Below, in pieces: positions 1 through 9,673 of a DNA stretch of 64,000 nucleotides. The position numbers and the translations under genes are program-made. The notes beneath the pieces are model-generated. The model did not search any database, was not told where the DNA came from, and saw only the letters and a program-made list of their open reading frames with translations. Source of the stretch: Flavobacteriaceae bacterium (GTDB taxonomy: Bacteria; Bacteroidota; Bacteroidia; Flavobacteriales; Flavobacteriaceae); contig JAAZVY010000001.1 in the NCBI GenBank assembly GCA_018623195.1, positions 15,193 to 79,192 of the forward strand, read 5' to 3'. The first letter of the stretch is position 1; each line of letters begins with the position of its first letter.

Positions 1-2
1 TT

Positions 3-734
3 GTTCGTGCGATGCGTGCAGGAGCAGAGTTAATTACCGTTACGCCTTCATCGGTGATACAACCTTCTATGTTTCATCATCAAAAAATACATTGGGCTTC
101 GATGACACCGCATCAATTAGTGAATAGTCAAGAAAGTTTCGAATGTATTGAGAATGTATTGATAGGCGGAGCTGCTTTGTCTGATGTCACACTAAGTAGT
201 TTATTAAAGAAACCGAAACGAATTGTAGAGTCCTACGGAATGACTGAGACTTTATCTCATATTGCCTTAAGAGAGCGATTCCCTAATAACTATCCATTTT
301 TTAAACCCTTGGATAGCATTAAAATTTCAAAAGCGGATAACGGGGCGCTAGTTATTGAAACACCACATCTACGTACTAAAACACATCATACTAACGATGA
401 AGTTCAACTTTTTGATGAATCTCAATTTATTCTAATTGGACGATTAGATGAGGTCATCAATACAGGGGGAGTAAAGATTCATCCGAGGGTGGTAGAAGAA
501 ATTTTGCGTTCGAACCGGCTAGAAAAGGAGTTTTTTGTTTGTGGAACCCCGCATCCCGAATTGGGTCGTCAAGTTACCCTTGTAATTAATACTGGGAAAG
601 ATTTTGAATTATCCGCTGTAACAGAATTCATCGAAACGTTAGATTGGCCGAACCATCACAAGCCTCGTAAGGTAATTTCAAGAAACTTTGTTTATACAGC
701 AACTGGTAAAATTGACAAGAAGGCTACACTCTAA
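3..734 (+). CDS. AMP-dependent synthetase/ligase, C-terminal part (5' end lies outside the window); possibly an O-succinylbenzoate-CoA ligase type
   Basis: The reading frame stays open to the window edge. Adenylate-forming enzyme motifs are present: YGMTET, GRLDEVINTGGVKIHP (hinge) and the C-terminal TATGKIDKK lysine. Confidence 0.7.
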   Translation, partial: VRAMRAGAELITVTPSSVIQPSMFHHQKIHWASMTPHQLVNSQESFECIENVLIGGAALSDVTLSSLLKKPKRIVESYGMTETLSHIALRERFPNNYPFFKPLDSIKISKADNGALVIETPHLRTKTHHTNDEVQLFDESQFILIGRLDEVINTGGVKIHPRVVEEILRSNRLEKEFFVCGTPHPELGRQVTLVINTGKDFELSAVTEFIETLDWPNHHKPRKVISRNFVYTATGKIDKKATL

Positions 735-2365
735 ACTTGGAGTACTCCCATATTGAAAGTCTGCTTTTCGTCATTATGATTCGCCATGTCAATCCCTAGT
801 GAAATTAACTTCCTAGTTTCGACAGGATCGATGATCGCATCAACCCACAACTTAGAGGCAGCATAGTATGGCGAAGTACTTTCCTTATATTTTGATTCAA
901 TGTTTTCTAGGAGCGCCTGTTTTTCTTCATCTGAAAGGGCGCTTCCCTGTTTTTGAAGTTTAGCTTCTTCAATTTGCAACAGTACTTTAGAAGCCGAACC
1001 TCCACTCATCACGGCGATCTCTGCAGAGGGCCACGCCACAATTAATCGCGGATCATAGGCTTTTCCACACATAGCGTAGTTTCCGGCGCCATAAGAATTA
1101 CCCATAACTATGCTAAATTTTGGAACCACAGAATTGCTAACTGCGTTTACCATCTTAGCTCCGTCCTTGATAATTCCTCCATGTTCACTCTTGCTACCTA
1201 CCATGAAGCCTGTGACATCATGCAGAAATACCAGTGGAATCCCTTTTTGGTTGCAGTTGGCGATAAAGCGGGTTGCTTTATCAGCTGAGTCTGAATAAAT
1301 CACCCCACCAATTTGCATCTCACCCTTTGCATTTTTTTCGATCTTACGCTGGTTAGCCACGATTCCTACCGCCCAACCATCAATGCGCGCATAACCAGTG
1401 ATTAAGCTTTTCCCATAAGATTCTTTGTAGGCGAGGAATGAATTAGCATCAACGATGGCGTCGATGATGGTATGTGTATCGTAGGCTTCACTTCGCTTTG
1501 AAGGTAGTCGATGGTAAATCTCTTCAGGGGCTATGAGCGGAGACTCACTTTTGATTCGGTCAAACCCCGCCTTTTTTGGTAGTTTTAATGAACCTACTAA
1601 TTGCTTTAGAATATTTAAAGCCTCCTTGTCATCCTTTGCTTTATAATCGGCAACTCCGGATATCGCATTATGGGTATGTGCACCACCTAGGGTCTCTGCA
1701 TCAATAGTTTCTCCTATAGCCGCTTTTACTAGATATGGGCCAGCAAGAAAGATTGATCCTGCACCTTCAACCATGATTGTTTCATCGCTCATGATAGGTA
1801 GATAGGCGCCTCCTGCCACGCAAGATCCTAAAACGGCCGAGAGCTGAGGAACTCCCATAGCACTTAATTTAGCGTTGTTTCTGAAAATTCTTCCAAAGTG
1901 CTCCTTGTCGGCGAAAACCTCATCTTGAAGGGGCAAATAAATCCCAGCACTATCTACTAAATAAAGAATAGGAATTTTATTCTCAATAGCTATTTCTTGA
2001 GCTCTAAGATTTTTCTTCGCAGTCAATGGAAACCATGCTCCTGCCTTAACCGTAGAATCGTTTGCAACTATAATGCATAGTCTACTATTTACATATCCCA
2101 AAATGGTGATCACACCAGCAGAAGGACAACCGCCGTGATCTTGGTATTGGTTATGAGCGGTCAACGCACCAATTTCTTGGTAAGGGGTATTCTCATCAAG
2201 TAAATAAGAGATGCGTTCTCGAGCGGTCAATTTCCCTTCTGATCTTTTCTTTTCGAGACGATTTTTACCACCACCGAGATAAATCTCTCCTAAGATGGAT
2301 TGAAGTTCTTTAACTGCATTGCGATGATGAATTTCGTTCTCAAGTTGCTTTTTGGTCTTTTTCAT
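731..2365 (-). CDS. acyl-CoA carboxylase carboxyltransferase beta subunit (methylcrotonoyl-/propionyl-CoA carboxylase family)
   Basis: About 540 aa with carboxyltransferase features throughout: RGKLTARERI-type N-terminus, GGAYLP and GNSYGAGNYAM. I chose the start at MKKTKKQ (ATG at 2365) rather than the 17-codon upstream extension in the ORF track. Confidence 0.85.
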   Translation of the reverse strand: MKKTKKQLENEIHHRNAVKELQSILGEIYLGGGKNRLEKKRSEGKLTARERISYLLDENTPYQEIGALTAHNQYQDHGGCPSAGVITILGYVNSRLCIIVANDSTVKAGAWFPLTAKKNLRAQEIAIENKIPILYLVDSAGIYLPLQDEVFADKEHFGRIFRNNAKLSAMGVPQLSAVLGSCVAGGAYLPIMSDETIMVEGAGSIFLAGPYLVKAAIGETIDAETLGGAHTHNAISGVADYKAKDDKEALNILKQLVGSLKLPKKAGFDRIKSESPLIAPEEIYHRLPSKRSEAYDTHTIIDAIVDANSFLAYKESYGKSLITGYARIDGWAVGIVANQRKIEKNAKGEMQIGGVIYSDSADKATRFIANCNQKGIPLVFLHDVTGFMVGSKSEHGGIIKDGAKMVNAVSNSVVPKFSIVMGNSYGAGNYAMCGKAYDPRLIVAWPSAEIAVMSGGSASKVLLQIEEAKLQKQGSALSDEEKQALLENIESKYKESTSPYYAASKLWVDAIIDPVETRKLISLGIDMANHNDEKQTFNMGVLQV

Positions 2366-2466
2366 AGCCTGCTTATACCGATTTGTACGATGAGCAATAA
2401 TCCTGTGAAGGTACAATTTATTGAGCCATTTTTACGAACTTTGAACGCTGCAACAAATACAAAACC

Positions 2467-2643
2467 ATGAATAAAAATACAGTTTTAGCCTACGCTACAT
2501 TTTTGATGATCCTTATGGGATTGGTGCTTTTAGCCTTGGCTGCGTTTAAGTACGATGAGGTTGCCGGATGGGGTTTTGCCACCGTAGGAATCGGTTTTTT
2601 TGCCATTGCCTGGGTATTTAATGCCCTAAAAGGAAGAGTTTAG
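2467..2643 (+). CDS. small hypothetical membrane protein (58 aa, two hydrophobic helices)
   Basis: ATG-to-TAG ORF not in the track, translated by hand: MNKNTVLAYATFLMILMGLVLLALAAFKYDEVAGWGFATVGIGFFAIAWVFNALKGRV. It fills an otherwise empty 249-nt gap and has two clear hydrophobic segments. Confidence 0.4.
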   Translation: MNKNTVLAYATFLMILMGLVLLALAAFKYDEVAGWGFATVGIGFFAIAWVFNALKGRV

Positions 2644-2665
2644 ATTTTAATTTATAAACCATCAT

Positions 2666-4357
2666 ATGTCAGACGATAAGAAGGTAATTTTTTCTATGTC
2701 AGGAGTGACTAAGACCTTTTCAGGTGCTCAAACTCCAGTTCTTAATAATATTTATCTCAGCTTTTTCTATGGAGCCAAGATTGGTATTCTCGGTTTAAAT
2801 GGCTCGGGTAAATCAACACTGCTTAAGATTATTGCAGGGTTAGACACCAACTATCGAGGGGATGTGGTTTTTTCACCGGGCTACACCGTGGGCTATTTAG
2901 AACAAGAACCCACTTTAGACGAAACTAAAACAGTGATTGATATTGTGCGTGAAGGAGCTGCTGAAACGGTAGCCATACTTGATCGATACAACGAAATCAA
3001 TGACTTATTCGGACTTCCAGAAGTTTATGAAGATGCAGATAAAATGCAGAAACTGATGGATGAGCAAGCTCGTTTGCAAGACCAAATTGACGCTAGCAAT
3101 GCTTGGGAATTAGACACTCGTTTAGAAATTGCAATGGATGCGTTACGCACGCCTGAGCCTGATACCCCTATATCGGTTCTTTCTGGTGGAGAACGTCGTA
3201 GAGTAGCATTATGTCGACTTTTATTGCAACAACCAGATGTTCTATTACTCGATGAGCCTACCAACCACTTAGATGCTGAATCGGTATTATGGTTAGAGCA
3301 ACACCTTTCACAATACTCTGGAACCGTCATTGCAGTAACGCACGATCGTTATTTTCTAGATAATGTAGCCGGATGGATTCTAGAGTTGGATCGAGGTGAA
3401 GGTATTCCATGGAAAGGAAACTACTCTTCTTGGTTGGACCAAAAAACAAAACGATTAGAACAAGAGAGTAAGCAAGCCAGTAAGCGTCAAAAAACTCTTG
3501 AACGTGAATTAGAATGGGTGAGACAAGGAGCAAAGGGTAGGCAAACCAAACAAAAAGCACGTCTGAACAATTATGATAAACTCTTAAGTCAAGATCAAAA
3601 GCAACTCGAAGAGAAACTTGAGATTTATATTTCAAATGGTCCGCGATTAGGAACCAATGTTATTGAAGCAAAAGCGATCAAAAAAGGTTTTGGAGACCGG
3701 TTGCTTTATGAAGACCTAAGTTTCAAATTACCACAAGCAGGAATTGTAGGAGTCATCGGGCCCAATGGTGCCGGGAAAACAACTCTTTTTAAAATGATTA
3801 TGGGAGAATTAACTCCTGATGATGGTTCCTTTGAGGTTGGAGAAACGGCTAAAGTGGCCTATGTGGACCAAAGTCACAGCAATATTGATCCGGAGAAAAC
3901 CATTTGGGAGAATTTTTCTGATGGTCAAGAACTCATCCTTATGTCTGGAAGAGAGGTGAATTCAAGAGCCTATCTGAGTCGATTCAATTTCTCAGGTAGT
4001 GAACAAAACAAGAAAGTTAAGCTACTTTCTGGAGGGGAACGAAACCGATTACATTTGGCAATGACTCTTAAAGAAGAGGGGAATGTTTTGTTACTCGATG
4101 AGCCTACTAATGATTTGGATGTCAATACATTAAGGGCTTTAGAAGAAGGTTTAGAAAATTTTGCTGGATGTGCGGTAGTAATCTCTCACGACCGTTGGTT
4201 TTTAGATAGAATCTGTACGCATATCCTTGCTTTTGAAGGGAATTCGTCGGTATATTTCTTCGAAGGTTCATTTTCTGATTACGAAGAGAATCGAAAAAAG
4301 AGACTAGGTAAGGAAGTGACCCCAACAAGAATCAAGTACAAAAAATTAATTCGTTAA
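2666..4357 (+). CDS. ettA: ABC-F ATPase, energy-dependent translational throttle protein EttA
   Basis: 563 aa with two ABC cassettes (GLNGSGKST and GPNGAGKTT Walker A, two LSGGERRR/LSGGERNR signatures). They are joined by a basic linker (KRLEQESKQASKRQKTLERELEWVRQGAKGRQTKQKAR) typical of EttA. There are no membrane domains. Confidence 0.9.
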   Translation: MSDDKKVIFSMSGVTKTFSGAQTPVLNNIYLSFFYGAKIGILGLNGSGKSTLLKIIAGLDTNYRGDVVFSPGYTVGYLEQEPTLDETKTVIDIVREGAAETVAILDRYNEINDLFGLPEVYEDADKMQKLMDEQARLQDQIDASNAWELDTRLEIAMDALRTPEPDTPISVLSGGERRRVALCRLLLQQPDVLLLDEPTNHLDAESVLWLEQHLSQYSGTVIAVTHDRYFLDNVAGWILELDRGEGIPWKGNYSSWLDQKTKRLEQESKQASKRQKTLERELEWVRQGAKGRQTKQKARLNNYDKLLSQDQKQLEEKLEIYISNGPRLGTNVIEAKAIKKGFGDRLLYEDLSFKLPQAGIVGVIGPNGAGKTTLFKMIMGELTPDDGSFEVGETAKVAYVDQSHSNIDPEKTIWENFSDGQELILMSGREVNSRAYLSRFNFSGSEQNKKVKLLSGGERNRLHLAMTLKEEGNVLLLDEPTNDLDVNTLRALEEGLENFAGCAVVISHDRWFLDRICTHILAFEGNSSVYFFEGSFSDYEENRKKRLGKEVTPTRIKYKKLIR

Positions 4358-4391
4358 TTACTAAAACTTGCCCATTTGGCAAGAATCCTGC

Positions 4392-4399
4392 TATATTTG
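4392..4399 (+). promoter_or_regulatory. Bacteroidota-type -7 promoter box (TATATTTG, consensus TAnnTTTG)
   Basis: Exact match to TAnnTTTG, 34 nt upstream of the ATG at 4433, in an intergenic gap. Confidence 0.4.
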
Positions 4400-4432
4400 C
4401 AGCATAGTTAAAGACTTTAAATCAATATCATT

Positions 4433-5305
4433 ATGGAAAAATCAGGATCTAAGGCGTTACCCGCAATATTAGGTATCCTATTTGTAGCCGCTGCAGCATT
4501 TGCAATTAGCCTTTACATCAGCGGAAAGAAAACAGAAGAAGCTTTAAACGCAGAGAAAGCTGAAGTTATTCAGGAGCTTGAAGGACTTAAGTCAGATTAT
4601 GACAAGTCTATCCTAGAAACTAACGCACTCAGCGAAGAGTTATTAGCTGCTCGTGGAGAGATCGCTAACTACATCGATTCTGTTAAGACATTGAAAGCTG
4701 ACGTTGCGACATTATCTAAATTTCGTCGTCAAGTTTATCAGTTAAGAAAAGAGCGCGCTACGTTAATGGCTCGTTTAGATTCTTTAACAGCAAGCAATAT
4801 TGCACTTCAATCTCTTAATGAAGCTACTCAGAAAGAACTTGAGCGTGTTGCAGCATTAAACGATTCTATCGTTCAACAAAATATCATTCTTGAGCAAGAA
4901 AACCGTATCGCTGCTCAACTCCGTTTAGAAACTTTAAACGTTCAGGCGGTTAAGGTTAAGAACAATGGAAACTTCAGAGACGTTAAGCGTGCACGTCGTA
5001 CAGACAACTTTAAGGTATGTTTTACAGTTAGAGACAATGCTATCGCTCAAGCAGGAGATAAGAACTTCTTTATTGAAGTTTTAGGACCTGACGGGAACTT
5101 AGTTGGCGCTTCAGAATCAGTTTCTGTTAACAGTCGCACATTATCAGTTAGCAAAGTAACTGCATTCTACTATGAGAATGACACTTTAGATGTTTGTGAT
5201 TATGTGGGATCTGCTACTGGCGAGTTTGCTAAAGGAAACTACATGGTTAATGTTTATGACAACGATCTAGAACTAATCGGAACTTCAAAATTCTTCTTAA
5301 AGTAA
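4433..5305 (+). CDS. hypothetical membrane-anchored coiled-coil protein
   Basis: 290 aa. It has an N-terminal hydrophobic anchor (LPAILGILFVAAAAFAISLYI), about 150 aa of heptad-like helical sequence, and a C-terminal beta-rich domain. I do not recognise a family. Confidence 0.6.
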   Translation: MEKSGSKALPAILGILFVAAAAFAISLYISGKKTEEALNAEKAEVIQELEGLKSDYDKSILETNALSEELLAARGEIANYIDSVKTLKADVATLSKFRRQVYQLRKERATLMARLDSLTASNIALQSLNEATQKELERVAALNDSIVQQNIILEQENRIAAQLRLETLNVQAVKVKNNGNFRDVKRARRTDNFKVCFTVRDNAIAQAGDKNFFIEVLGPDGNLVGASESVSVNSRTLSVSKVTAFYYENDTLDVCDYVGSATGEFAKGNYMVNVYDNDLELIGTSKFFLK

Positions 5306-5325
5306 TTTTAAGTTTTACCAACCAT

Positions 5326-5357
5326 AAAAAAGGCTCCCATATAGGGAGCCTTTTTTT
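5326..5357. terminator. bidirectional intrinsic terminator between convergent genes
   Basis: Perfect 8-bp stem AGGCTCCC/GGGAGCCT (5331-5338/5344-5351) with a 5-nt loop. It is flanked by an A5 run upstream and a T7 run downstream. Confidence 0.85.
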
Positions 5358-5377
5358 ATTACATCTATTTTCAGAAT

Positions 5378-6769
5378 TTAGTGACCAATCATTTCTTCTG
5401 GGCGAACAAAACGATCGTAGTCTTCTTCACTTACGTAACCTAACCGAACAGCTTCTTCCTTAAGAGTAGTTCCTCTCTCGTGAGCTGCATTAGCGATTTC
5501 TGCTGCTTTGTAGTAACCGATCTTTGTATTTAATGCAGTAACTAGCATTAGTGAGTTGTCAAGTAGTGTTTTAATTCTTGTATGGTTGGGCTCAATTCCT
5601 ACCACACAGTTCACCTCAAAACTGTGAGCAGCATCAGCAAGTAGTGTTGCTGATTGAAGTACATTTGCGGCCATCATTGGTTTAAATACATTCAACTCGT
5701 AATGTCCTTGTGTGCCACCTATGGTAACGGCTACATCATTACCCATAACCTGTGCACAAACCATTGTAATGGCTTCTGCTTGAGTAGGATTGACTTTTCC
5801 GGGCATGATTGAACTTCCCGGTTCATTTGCCGGTAATATTAACTCTCCAATTCCAGATCTTGGTCCAGAAGCCATTAACCGTATATCGTTAGCGATCTTA
5901 TTCAAAGAAACTGCTAATTGTTTTAATGCTCCGTGAGATTCAACAAGTGCATCATGAGCAGCTAAAGCTTCGAATTTGTTATCGGCCGTTATAAAAGGTA
6001 ATCCTGTAAACTCAGCAATATATTTTGCTACCAAAACATCATAGCCCTTTGGGGTATTTAACCCGGTTCCAACAGCAGTTCCTCCTAATGCTAGCTGCGA
6101 TAGATGATCAAGCGATCGCGTTAATGCTTTCAATCCAAAATCGAGTTGGGCTACATAGCCTGAAAATTCTTGTCCAAGGGTTAGGGGGGTGGCGTCCATT
6201 AGGTGAGTGCGTCCGATCTTAACCACATCGTTGAATGCTTTACTCTTTTGATTCAAGGCTTCTTTTAACGAATCGATTTTCGGAATAGACTCTGAAACAA
6301 TTTTTTGATAGATCGCAATATGCATCCCGGTAGGGAAGGTGTCGTTAGACGATTGAGACTTATTCACATCGTCATTGGGGCTTAAGGTACGTGTACCCTC
6401 GCCGAGCACATTCCCTTCTATAACATGAGCTCTATTGGCAATTACCTCATTAACGTTCATGTTACTTTGGGTTCCCGAACCTGTCTGCCAAATAACTAGG
6501 GGAAATTGGTCGTCCAATTTTCCTTCTAAGATTTCATCGCAAACTTTAGCAATAAGATCTCTTTTTGTGGTATCAAGAACTCCTAATTCACAATTCGCAT
6601 AGGCCGCAGCTTTCTTTAAATAGGCAAATCCATAAATAATCTCCTTAGGCATCGAGCCTTGCGGACCAATTTTGAAGTTATTGATAGATCTTTGGGTTTG
6701 AGCACCCCAATATACATTCTTGGGAACATGCACTTCACCCATGGTATCTTTTTCAATTCTATATTCCAT
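5378..6769 (-). CDS. fumC: class II fumarate hydratase
   Basis: 463 aa with the fumarate lyase signature [13 protein letters not shown] and a conserved N-terminus ([13 protein letters not shown]). Confidence 0.95.
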   Translation of the reverse strand: MEYRIEKDTMGEVHVPKNVYWGAQTQRSINNFKIGPQGSMPKEIIYGFAYLKKAAAYANCELGVLDTTKRDLIAKVCDEILEGKLDDQFPLVIWQTGSGTQSNMNVNEVIANRAHVIEGNVLGEGTRTLSPNDDVNKSQSSNDTFPTGMHIAIYQKIVSESIPKIDSLKEALNQKSKAFNDVVKIGRTHLMDATPLTLGQEFSGYVAQLDFGLKALTRSLDHLSQLALGGTAVGTGLNTPKGYDVLVAKYIAEFTGLPFITADNKFEALAAHDALVESHGALKQLAVSLNKIANDIRLMASGPRSGIGELILPANEPGSSIMPGKVNPTQAEAITMVCAQVMGNDVAVTIGGTQGHYELNVFKPMMAANVLQSATLLADAAHSFEVNCVVGIEPNHTRIKTLLDNSLMLVTALNTKIGYYKAAEIANAAHERGTTLKEEAVRLGYVSEEDYDRFVRPEEMIGH

Positions 6770-6888
6770 GATGTGTCGTTTTGAAAACCAAAGTTAACCA
6801 CTTCTGCTATTTTTACCTTGATTTATAGTCTTTTGCTTGCAGCCAAATCTTAAAACATCTTATATTCGCGTTATAAATAAGAACTACC

Positions 6889-7056
6889 ATGATTGAATTT
6901 GATCAATACTTAGGATTTATTGCTTTTTTGAGCATTCTAACCATCGGATTTTGGTTAATGATTTTTCTTTTAACCTTTGTGATTCCTTATTGGTTGACAG
7001 GTAGTTTTATTGAATTTTTGAAAGAGAAAAGAAAAGAGAAAGAAACTCAGTCTTAA
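6889..7056 (+). CDS. small hypothetical membrane protein (55 aa)
   Basis: Hand-translated ORF not in the track: MIEFDQYLGFIAFLSILTIGFWLMIFLLTFVIPYWLTGSFIEFLKEKRKEKETQS. A strong terminator follows directly, and a near-consensus TATATTCG box lies upstream. Confidence 0.4.
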   Translation: MIEFDQYLGFIAFLSILTIGFWLMIFLLTFVIPYWLTGSFIEFLKEKRKEKETQS

Positions 7057-7072
7057 TTGACTTTCATAGTAT

Positions 7073-7103
7073 AAAAAAAGGCCCGGTATTCCGGGCCTTT
7101 TTT
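7073..7103. terminator. bidirectional intrinsic terminator
   Basis: 7-bp GC-rich stem GGCCCGG/CCGGGCC (7080-7086/7091-7097) with loop TATT. It is flanked by an A7 run and a T6 run. Confidence 0.85.
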
Positions 7104-7121
7104 ATTAAATGCATTTTTGAT

Positions 7122-9662
7122 TTACGGTGTTCCGAATTCAAAATCTTCGCCTCCGCCGCCGTCTCCCATATCTGGTCTTCGGCGATTATTTCTTTGACCT
7201 TCTTGTTCATTGAAACGATATCTAAAGGTCAGAGTAGCTTGGCGCTGTCTCCATTGATTTTCACTTTGTGTGAAGACGTTAAATGTTCTCGTTTCAGAGA
7301 TTCGTTTTCTTTGATTGAACAAATCACTTACATTGAAAGAAATAGAACCTTTGTCATTAAGAATCTCTTTGCTCATGGCAAGGTTAACAGAAAGAACTCC
7401 TTTATTCGTTCCTTGTGGGTTAACAGATGCTCCTCGGTAGAATGCATTAGTTTGAAAATTGATTTTTCCAGGTAATGGGAATTGTCCACTGATTCGACTA
7501 AACCAAGTAAAGTTCTCCGTATCAAAATTTTGTATGATCTCTTCGCCTAAACTATTCGTATAAGAGAAGTCTCCTTGTAATTGCTGTTGAAATAGATTGA
7601 TGTTCCAAGAGAATCTCATTCCGCGTTTTGGAGAGTATGAAGTGGTTAATTCTCCTCCATATCGATATTCAGTTGCCAGGTTGATAGGGCTTCTGAGCTG
7701 TACGGGAACACTAACAATTTCACCATCACCCGTATCAATCTCTACGAAATCTCCCGTCTCTTGAACAACAAATTGAAACACTCCCGTACTCTTGTTATAG
7801 TATGCAGAGGTATTTAGTGTTAATTTTCCGAAACGCTTTAGATATCCTAAATCAAAAGCGTTCGAGTATGTTGGGTCAAGATCAGGGTTACCAACGAATA
7901 GGTTGGTATTACTATTTCGTCTAACAAAAGGGTTAATAAACCAAGATCGAGGTCTTCTAAGACGTCTACTATAGCTTAGGGTTAATTGCTCGGTTTCAGA
8001 AAACTCATATCCTATAAAAAGAGAGGGGAACCAGTTGGTGTACTCTTTTTTGTTATTGTCTTGTCCAAAATCACCAGATGAATTCACGGTAATTGCCGAA
8101 TTTTCAACACGTAAGCCACCTAATAAGGAGACCTTACCAAACTTATTCCCTAATTGAACGTAACCCGCATTTACATATTCTTTATAAACTAATTGATTAC
8201 TAGTGTTTGGGTCTCTAAGAAGAGGGCCGTTTGCTTCTTCTTGAAGTTGTAGTTCAAAGTCGGTGTAGAAGTCGTTGAATGTACCTCTATATCCAAATTC
8301 AAATTGTCCGCTATTATTTTCACCAATGGGGTTGACATAATCGAATTGAAACAAACGATTAATCTGTTCCTCGCTGGTATAGGTCGCCTCAGAAGGAATA
8401 AAGATGGTTTCGTCACTGAGAACGCTTTCGTTAATTCCTGAATTAGAAATTTCCTCCCCTGTTGAATATTGAAAATCAGCGGTTAACTTCTGGCCGTCCT
8501 TCTTGAAGTCTTTTACAAAATTGGCTGAATATTGATAGGTAACATCGGTTTCATTTCCTGAGTTTGTTCTCAATCTCGAAATAGTAGGAATACGATTCTC
8601 GTCGTAGTTAAAGAAGTCTACTGTGCTCAGGTTCTGTCCGTCACTGTTTCGGTATAAAAACGTTTGTGTGAAAGAGGTTTTTTTATCCAAAAGAAGTTCT
8701 AACCCAATATTTGTATTGAACCCTTCACGAATACGTTCATTTCTTCCAAATTCATCTTGATAACTAGCAATGCTACCGTCAGGGTTGAAATTGGTTTGCA
8801 GGTTAGAAGAATTTCCTGGGTTATTGTTACTTCTATACGAAGTGTTTGAGAATAAATTGAAAGATTTTCTACGGAGGTTTAAATTTAGATTACTGCCTGT
8901 ATTTTCTGGAGTCCCTACATTGACCGTTACCGATCCGTTTAAACCTTTGGTTTTTTCTTGTCTTAAAACAATGTTCAAGATTCCTGCAGTTCCTTCTGCA
9001 TCATATCTAGCGGATGGGTTAGTGATGACCTCTACCTTTTCTATGGCTTCTGCTGGTAGTTGACGAAGTGCGTCATTACTGAGGCCTGAAAGGGCCGAAG
9101 GCTTGCCGTTGATTAAAATACGTACACTTTCATTGCCTCTAAGTGATATATTTCCCTCTACATCAACACTCACCGAAGGTACATTGTCTAGTACATCCGT
9201 AACCGAACCTCCCTTTACGGTGAGGTCTTGGCCCACGTTGTATACCTTCTTATCAAGTCTTAATTCAACGGTGGTTCTCTCTGCAACGACTTCCACTTCT
9301 TCAAGCTGTGCAACATCAGCCTCAAGAGCGATTTGACCTAAATCGGTAGAAGCTGTAAGTCTAACATTCTCTTGGGAATAGGTCTTAAATGACAAGAATT
9401 CTACACGAATGTGATACATTCCCGGAAGCGCTTCTACTGAAAATTTTCCTGACTCATCGGTGATACCTCCGGTAACTCGATCAGGCATTCGTACACTTTG
9501 TAAAACTAGAGTGGCATATTCTAAAGGTTGCCCACTGTCTTTATCGATTACACTACCGGTAATGGTGATTGGTGTCATCGATGGCATTGGACGATTAGGC
9601 ATTTGAGCCTGAACACATAGCATTCCTAGGATACTAACAAGTGCAACGAAATAGTGTTTCAT
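7122..9662 (-). CDS. outer-membrane beta-barrel protein, TonB-dependent-receptor-like, with an N-terminal carboxypeptidase-regulatory-like domain
   Basis: 846 aa. It has a signal peptide (LGMLCVQAQ) and a CarboxypepD_reg-like segment (ITITGSVIDKDSGQPLEYATLVL). A plug-like region (NVPSVSVDVEGNISLRGN) follows, then long alternating beta-strand sequence. Confidence 0.8.
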   Translation of the reverse strand: MKHYFVALVSILGMLCVQAQMPNRPMPSMTPITITGSVIDKDSGQPLEYATLVLQSVRMPDRVTGGITDESGKFSVEALPGMYHIRVEFLSFKTYSQENVRLTASTDLGQIALEADVAQLEEVEVVAERTTVELRLDKKVYNVGQDLTVKGGSVTDVLDNVPSVSVDVEGNISLRGNESVRILINGKPSALSGLSNDALRQLPAEAIEKVEVITNPSARYDAEGTAGILNIVLRQEKTKGLNGSVTVNVGTPENTGSNLNLNLRRKSFNLFSNTSYRSNNNPGNSSNLQTNFNPDGSIASYQDEFGRNERIREGFNTNIGLELLLDKKTSFTQTFLYRNSDGQNLSTVDFFNYDENRIPTISRLRTNSGNETDVTYQYSANFVKDFKKDGQKLTADFQYSTGEEISNSGINESVLSDETIFIPSEATYTSEEQINRLFQFDYVNPIGENNSGQFEFGYRGTFNDFYTDFELQLQEEANGPLLRDPNTSNQLVYKEYVNAGYVQLGNKFGKVSLLGGLRVENSAITVNSSGDFGQDNNKKEYTNWFPSLFIGYEFSETEQLTLSYSRRLRRPRSWFINPFVRRNSNTNLFVGNPDLDPTYSNAFDLGYLKRFGKLTLNTSAYYNKSTGVFQFVVQETGDFVEIDTGDGEIVSVPVQLRSPINLATEYRYGGELTTSYSPKRGMRFSWNINLFQQQLQGDFSYTNSLGEEIIQNFDTENFTWFSRISGQFPLPGKINFQTNAFYRGASVNPQGTNKGVLSVNLAMSKEILNDKGSISFNVSDLFNQRKRISETRTFNVFTQSENQWRQRQATLTFRYRFNEQEGQRNNRRRPDMGDGGGGEDFEFGTP

Positions 9663-9673
9663 TCAGAATAGAA

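Noticed and set aside
4367-4383. The hairpin CTTGCC-CATTT-GGCAAG after ettA, considered as a terminator.
   Set aside because: It is only a 6-bp stem with no following T-run, so I did not call it a terminator.
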